Positions 59,050 through 64,000 of a stretch of DNA of 64,000 nucleotides are shown piece by piece. Source of the stretch: Eledone cirrhosa (taxonomy: Eukaryota); NCBI GenBank assembly GCA_964016885.1, contig OZ024743.1, forward strand, positions 167,028,001-167,092,000, given 5' to 3'. How positions within the stretch are numbered: position 1 is the first letter of the stretch; the number at the start of each line of letters is the position of its first letter. The notes under the pieces are model-generated. The model saw nothing but the letters and a program-made list of their open reading frames with translations. It was not told the DNA's origin and did not search any database. The translations under genes were made by a program, and so were the position numbers.

Positions 59050-61005
59050 TGGAATATATATTTTCTGCTAGTCACCCCGTGTAATATGATACCCCAAGAT
59101 TCCATGCATGAGATTCACCGAAGCATGCGCAGTCTTAACCGGGAGATGACATGCGAACTTGAAAATACCACAAGAGAGACCCTTTGGATAGCGTAGACGC
59201 CGGACCATACCCGCAAATATATACCCTGATCTGTCTTGAATATGCATGGTTGACGGAATATGGATAACACGACCACCATCTAAGCTAGAACCGACCCCTA
59301 CAACAAACAAAGAGGGGACAGCCCTTCGCATTTGACCAGTCGCGTGTGTGCTTGGAGTTCGTGAGAGGAGGAGATATTAGCGAGAGACGCAATATACCAC
59401 CCCAGTCAAATCCATACTGGATTTGTTTACCAATATATCATGTACACCAATACATCCTATGCAGCGAGACCTTGGATTTAGAACCGGCAGGCTGATCTAT
59501 CGCAAACGCGTGCAATCCCCGAAACTAAAAGATCGAACGGACCACACCCAGCAACCACTAGCTATTTGATCCACAGGTACATTTCCCAGAGAGTCCACAC
59601 AGCTGATAGTGAATCCCAGTTGATTCGTGAACTCTGAACTTTTAAACAAGACTAACTGTGCCTGGAACTATGCAGATGACTACATGCGCACAATGGATAT
59701 CGCACCCACAAGGTCACCTGTATTGTTCATCTTGCTGTATGTGTGTAAAGTATCCGTGCGTGGGATATCCCTGAGTACATTTTCTTGACTATTAATTGTT
59801 TATTGATTGTTTGTTAATTAGGCAGGAATATACCATTATGTCTTTGTTAATTCGATGTGTTGCTGTATGTGTGTAAAGTATCCGAGCGCGGGATATCCCT
59901 GAGCTAATTTTGCTTGACTGTTAATTGTTTATTGATTGTTTGTTAATTAGGCAGGAATATATTATTATGTCTTTGTTAATCCTGTATTAATAATTTTATA
60001 ATAATTTTTTGATAGTACATTATTAGATTACTGAAGCTACCTTATACCTTCTTAAAAATACATTTTATAATTATTGTCTTTTTGCTTATGTATTTTCTTA
60101 CTTAGCATTTTCTTTAATCTTGCCCAACTTGATAAGCGCCTTGAATTGCTCCCTAATTAGATTACTTAAATTAATTAAATTACTTTATCTATTATACCTA
60201 AGTTGTATCTGTTGAAGCAGCCCTTTGAAAATTCCTCGGATCTCCCAAATCCCGTAATTTTTAACTTTTAATTTGTAATTTTCCTCAATTCGTTTATATA
60301 TATCTTTAAAGGCTCTCTAAAATTTAATTCTTTGAAGGGTCTCTCGGAAGAGGTTCTTATTGAAAATATTAAAGTGGCCTTTTCTGAGGGATTTTTTGAA
60401 GGCTTTTTGAATTAATCTTTAATTGATTAGTTTCTTACAACTTAGTAGGGATTATCAAAACTTCGTAAACTTTCTGAAATTTTTTAACGTGATCTCTTGG
60501 AAAAAAATTTTTTTCTTTCGAAGGAATTTTTTAGGAAACTTTATATTTTTATTTTTTTATTTTTTTAGTCTCTTAATCTCTTCTGGGTTGTTAGATTTAT
60601 TGGGGCTTATAAGCTTTATGCACTTATTGAGGGATTTTTTAAGGTGCTTCTACGAGATCCCAAGTCTTTTACTTTTAATGCGTAAATTATAAATTCTCTA
60701 ATTTTTAACCTTCAATCCCTGACTCTTAGGCCCTTTTCAAATTCTCTTAACTCCCCATAACCCATCCCTTTTACAACTAATATAAAAGAGCCCCCTTAGA
60801 ATATAGACCCCAAATATACAAGTGGAGCTGTTGATGTATACCACAATTTCAAATGGCTAATCTTGAGTGAAACGTTGATGTAAATAATGAACTTACAATC
60901 ACCTGTTATATGCCTTGAAAAGTCCCACCATATGGTCGGACGAAACGGCTGTCGGCAATAAACTTGTTATAATGTCATAATAGTTCCTTTGTTCTTTTTC
61001 ATTAA
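59050..61005 (+). mobile_element. Possible highly decayed Penelope-like element
   Basis: Weak remnants (YIFSASHP, GFVYQ/ISC..RTGR), an AT-rich 3' region with a ~128-bp tandem duplication (59732-59980), a terminal hammerhead, then (TA)n. Confidence 0.4.
60911..60957 (+). ncRNA. Minimal variant hammerhead (UUGAAAA core) followed by AATAAA
   Basis: TGCC-TTGAAAA-GTCC(caccatatggtc)GGAC-GAAA-CGGCTG-TC-GGCA. Confidence 0.8.
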
Positions 61006-61179
61006 TATATATATATATATATTTGTATATATATATATATATTTATTTATATATATATATATTTATATATATTTATATATTTATATATATTTGTATATAT
61101 ATATATATTTATATTTATATATATTTGTATATATATATATATTTGTATATATATATATATTTGTATATATATATATATT

Positions 61180-61246
<67 letters not shown>

Positions 61247-61354
61247 ATATTTATATATTTATATATATATATATATTTATATATATACTGTATATATATT
61301 TATATTTATATATATATATTTATATATTTATATTTATATATATATATTTATATT

Positions 61355-61403
<49 letters not shown>

Positions 61404-61492
61404 ATATATATGTTTGTATATATATATTTATATATATGTTTGTATATATATATTTATATATATATTTATATATATATATTTATATATATATA
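61006..61492. repeat. Interrupted (TA)n microsatellite
   Basis: Direct reading. Confidence 0.95.
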
Positions 61493-61756
61493 AACGGAAA
61501 AAATGAAACCAAATTTCATTTCCCACTCTTAGTATGACTGTTTCTTAAATATAAGTATGTGCACGTACATACATATATGTATACAGACGTACAGTAGTAT
61601 GTATATATATATACATACATGCACACATACATATATGTACATATGGATTCACCGAACATTTATTATAATGCTCGATGTGTTTGTAAACAAACATCCCGTA
61701 TAAAACCGTAGTGTCCAGCAAACATCGTTGCTCGTTTGTTCAACACTGACAAAGGA

Positions 61757-61799
61757 ACGCTGTACTAGTTTCAAGCTTATTAGCTATCGTCAGCAACGT
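61757..61799 (-). ncRNA. Minimal type I hammerhead
   Basis: Minus strand: ACGTTG-CTGACGA-TAGCTaataAGCTT-GAAA-CTAG-TA-CAGCGT. Palindromic stem III ACTAGT; GUA site; first stem II pair mismatched. Confidence 0.8.
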
Positions 61800-62272
61800 A
61801 TACCTTCCTGCCAGATTGTTGAACGTATATACTTACCTTATGCATATTAATGGCTGAGTAGCCCAATTTGCATATTGAGTGGGTTAATCGGCCGGGTGTA
61901 CCGAAAACGATAAATGGAAAAAATCTCCCCTCATCCTTCACAGCACTTTTCAACTGCATCTAACTCTTATTTATCATTTCTATATGTATTAGTATAATTT
62001 TATCAATATAAATATACCCATCATTTTAATTAATTTTATATCCTTTTCATAGATGTATTTTTTTCACTAACATCCTTATCTTAATACTCTGGTCACCTTA
62101 GATATTTGTATTGGCACTACTATTTTATAACAGTAACTGCTTGTATACCTTCTACTGACCACCTGACCTAGTTTCACCCCTAAAATAAGTTTCAATTACT
62201 ACTATTTTACCATTTGGCCAATTATTAACTTTCTATTGGTTAATTCTAAACCTCTTAGACAGAATATATTTG

Positions 62273-62449
62273 ATCTTTGTTGGTTTTATTCAATGAACAA
62301 ATAAAATTATTTCTGAGGTCAACATATGACCTACTTCTTCCCTAAAGTAATCCATTATTATATTGGATCTTTGTTTGGTTTTATTCAATGAATAAATAAA
62401 ATTATTTCTGAGGTCAACATATGACCTACTTCTTCCCTAAAGTAATCCT
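62273..62449. repeat. Tandem duplication, 95-bp period (diverged third copy near 62600)
   Basis: ATCTTTGTTTGGTTTTATTCAATGAA..AAAGTAATCC at 62273 and 62368. Confidence 0.85.
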
Positions 62450-62648
62450 TCATTCATAATACTCTTTTCCATCCAAAACTGAAATCTACCTTCCTCTACC
62501 CATAATTTTAAGGTTCTACTAATTCTATATCACTATCTTGACCCTCACTATCTCCTGATTGGTCAATTCAAAACCTGTTTCCAAACAGACCTATTGTATT
62601 GAATCTTTGTTCTTATCAATAAACAAGTATCATTATTTCTGAAGACAA

Positions 62649-62831
62649 GGGGTGGATTGGCAGTATCGGTAGAGTGTCGGACGCCATGCTTTCCAGCATA
62701 GTTACGTCCCTTTACGATCTGAGTTCAAATCCCGCCGAGGTTGACTTTGCCTTTCATCCTTACGGGGTCGATAACATAAAGTACCAGTAATGCACTGGGT
62801 AATTGCTGGCCTTGTGCCTAAAGTAGAAACA
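62649..62831 (+). mobile_element. tRNA-derived SINE with a Meta/Sauria-like central domain
   Basis: A-box-like TGGCAGTATCGG, B box GAGTTCAAATCC, central GCCTTTCATCCTTACGGGGTCGATAA..GTACCAG; TSD ATTATTTCTGAAnACA. Confidence 0.9.
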
Positions 62832-63025
62832 ATTATTTCTGAAAACAGCATATATATGTGTAGGTATGTATATTCCCTCTGATAGTTTGTATAAATATTG
62901 TACATAGATCTATAGAATATGCATACCAACTCTAACACATATATATCCTAGAAACGATCGTAAAATAATGAAATTTTTTTTAATATAAGGAACTGTTTCT
63001 TTGTTTATTCATTATTTTTTTAATA

Positions 63026-63081
<56 letters not shown>

Positions 63082-63660
63082 GTGTATATATATATAGATT
63101 TGTGTGTATATATATATATAGAGAGAGATTACATGAAACAAAGTTCTGTTTAAATCATTACAATCGTTACAATTCTTTCTTCCAAACCGAGGTTTGGAGT
63201 CTTCGGAGCAATTATTCAGTGATTTTTAACATACTTGACCTCCTTTTCAACCCAAGAGACATAGAAACATATGTATATATTGACCCACAGTGGGTTGACA
63301 TCCATTATAATAATATAGCATGGTAATTTACATACAAAGATTACAGTCATATTAAAGGACAAAATTAAAATTAAAATAAAACATTGGCAGTCTACTAAGA
63401 TAAAGCAAAAGGAAAGTTTGGAGCAGCCAGTGTATGCAACAGTCACACGTGTGGCATGCACGCGTGTCCTATTTATACAAGATTATAGTGCGGCAGATTG
63501 TTACAAGTAAAACAAGCAGTCAAAGCAGGCAATCAAGAGCATCATGGGGGTGAACTGGTTAAGCATTATTTACACACACCTGTATGATATAGAAGCCCGT
63601 GTGTGGAGAAACACCAAAAATATCAAAAATATTACAAATGAGAAGCAATGAGAAGCAACT

Positions 63661-64000
63661 AACCCTAATATCAATAGAAATAATAGTGGGAACGTCAACC
63701 CACATAACCATAACCCTATAGCTACCATCCTGACTTCTACACAACATAATAACCGGCAGACTAACACCCAGAATAATTGTAACTGTAGATCAAATAGAAC
63801 CTGCCCTTTAGATAAAAAATGCTTAACCAAAGATATCATATACTCATGCACAGTCACAACTAGCAACTCTTCTGAAACCTATATAGGCTCTACTTCAAAC
63901 TGCTTCAAAACCAGATACAATTCGCACCTCCACTCTTTCAAAAAACACAGTCTAGCCAACTCCGCTTCTCTATCTAGCTACATACACTATCTAAAAACTA
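63661..64000 (+). pseudogene. Penelope-like GIY-YIG endonuclease fragment running off the window
   Basis: Hand translation: NNCNCRSNRTCPLDKKCLTKDIIYSCTV..TYIGSTSNCFKTRYNSH; homologous to 21874-22300. Not in the ORF track. Confidence 0.9.

Noticed and set aside
61831-61900. Candidate upstream TMEM184C exon ending ..TQPLICIR|gtaagt
   Set aside because: There is an in-frame stop shortly upstream and no WF..G.F or QH..HY motif; the resemblance looks coincidental.
62310-62335. CTGAGGTCAACATATGACC hairpin as a ribozyme
   Set aside because: The core is incomplete and GAAA is absent.

Overview
Animal genomic DNA, probably a coleoid cephalopod such as octopus (inferred from the SINE/LINE repertoire and extreme microsatellite load). 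Nearly all of the window is transposable elements and simple repeats, with one 200-N assembly gap. The only host-gene piece I can support is a 37-bp minus-strand exon of a TMEM184C-like gene (17676-17712), so the window is probably intronic. TE content: a decayed Tx1/L1 LINE; a head-to-tail pile-up of R4/Dong-type LINEs joined through (TAA)n tails; two RTE families (one copy with an intact 1022-aa APE-RT ORF containing a C4HC3 finger); CR1 copies; two Helitrons; MITEs; tRNA-derived SINEs; and Penelope-like (GIY-YIG) fragments. The main hidden signal is a set of 9-10 hammerhead-ribozyme motifs (complete, degenerate or half) in small, mutually unrelated non-coding elements at (TA)n tracts. Several of these are fold-back palindromes whose axis lies in or next to the ribozyme, and one is a 484-bp terminally redundant unit. 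The long (IY)n ORFs in the ORF track are microsatellite artefacts.
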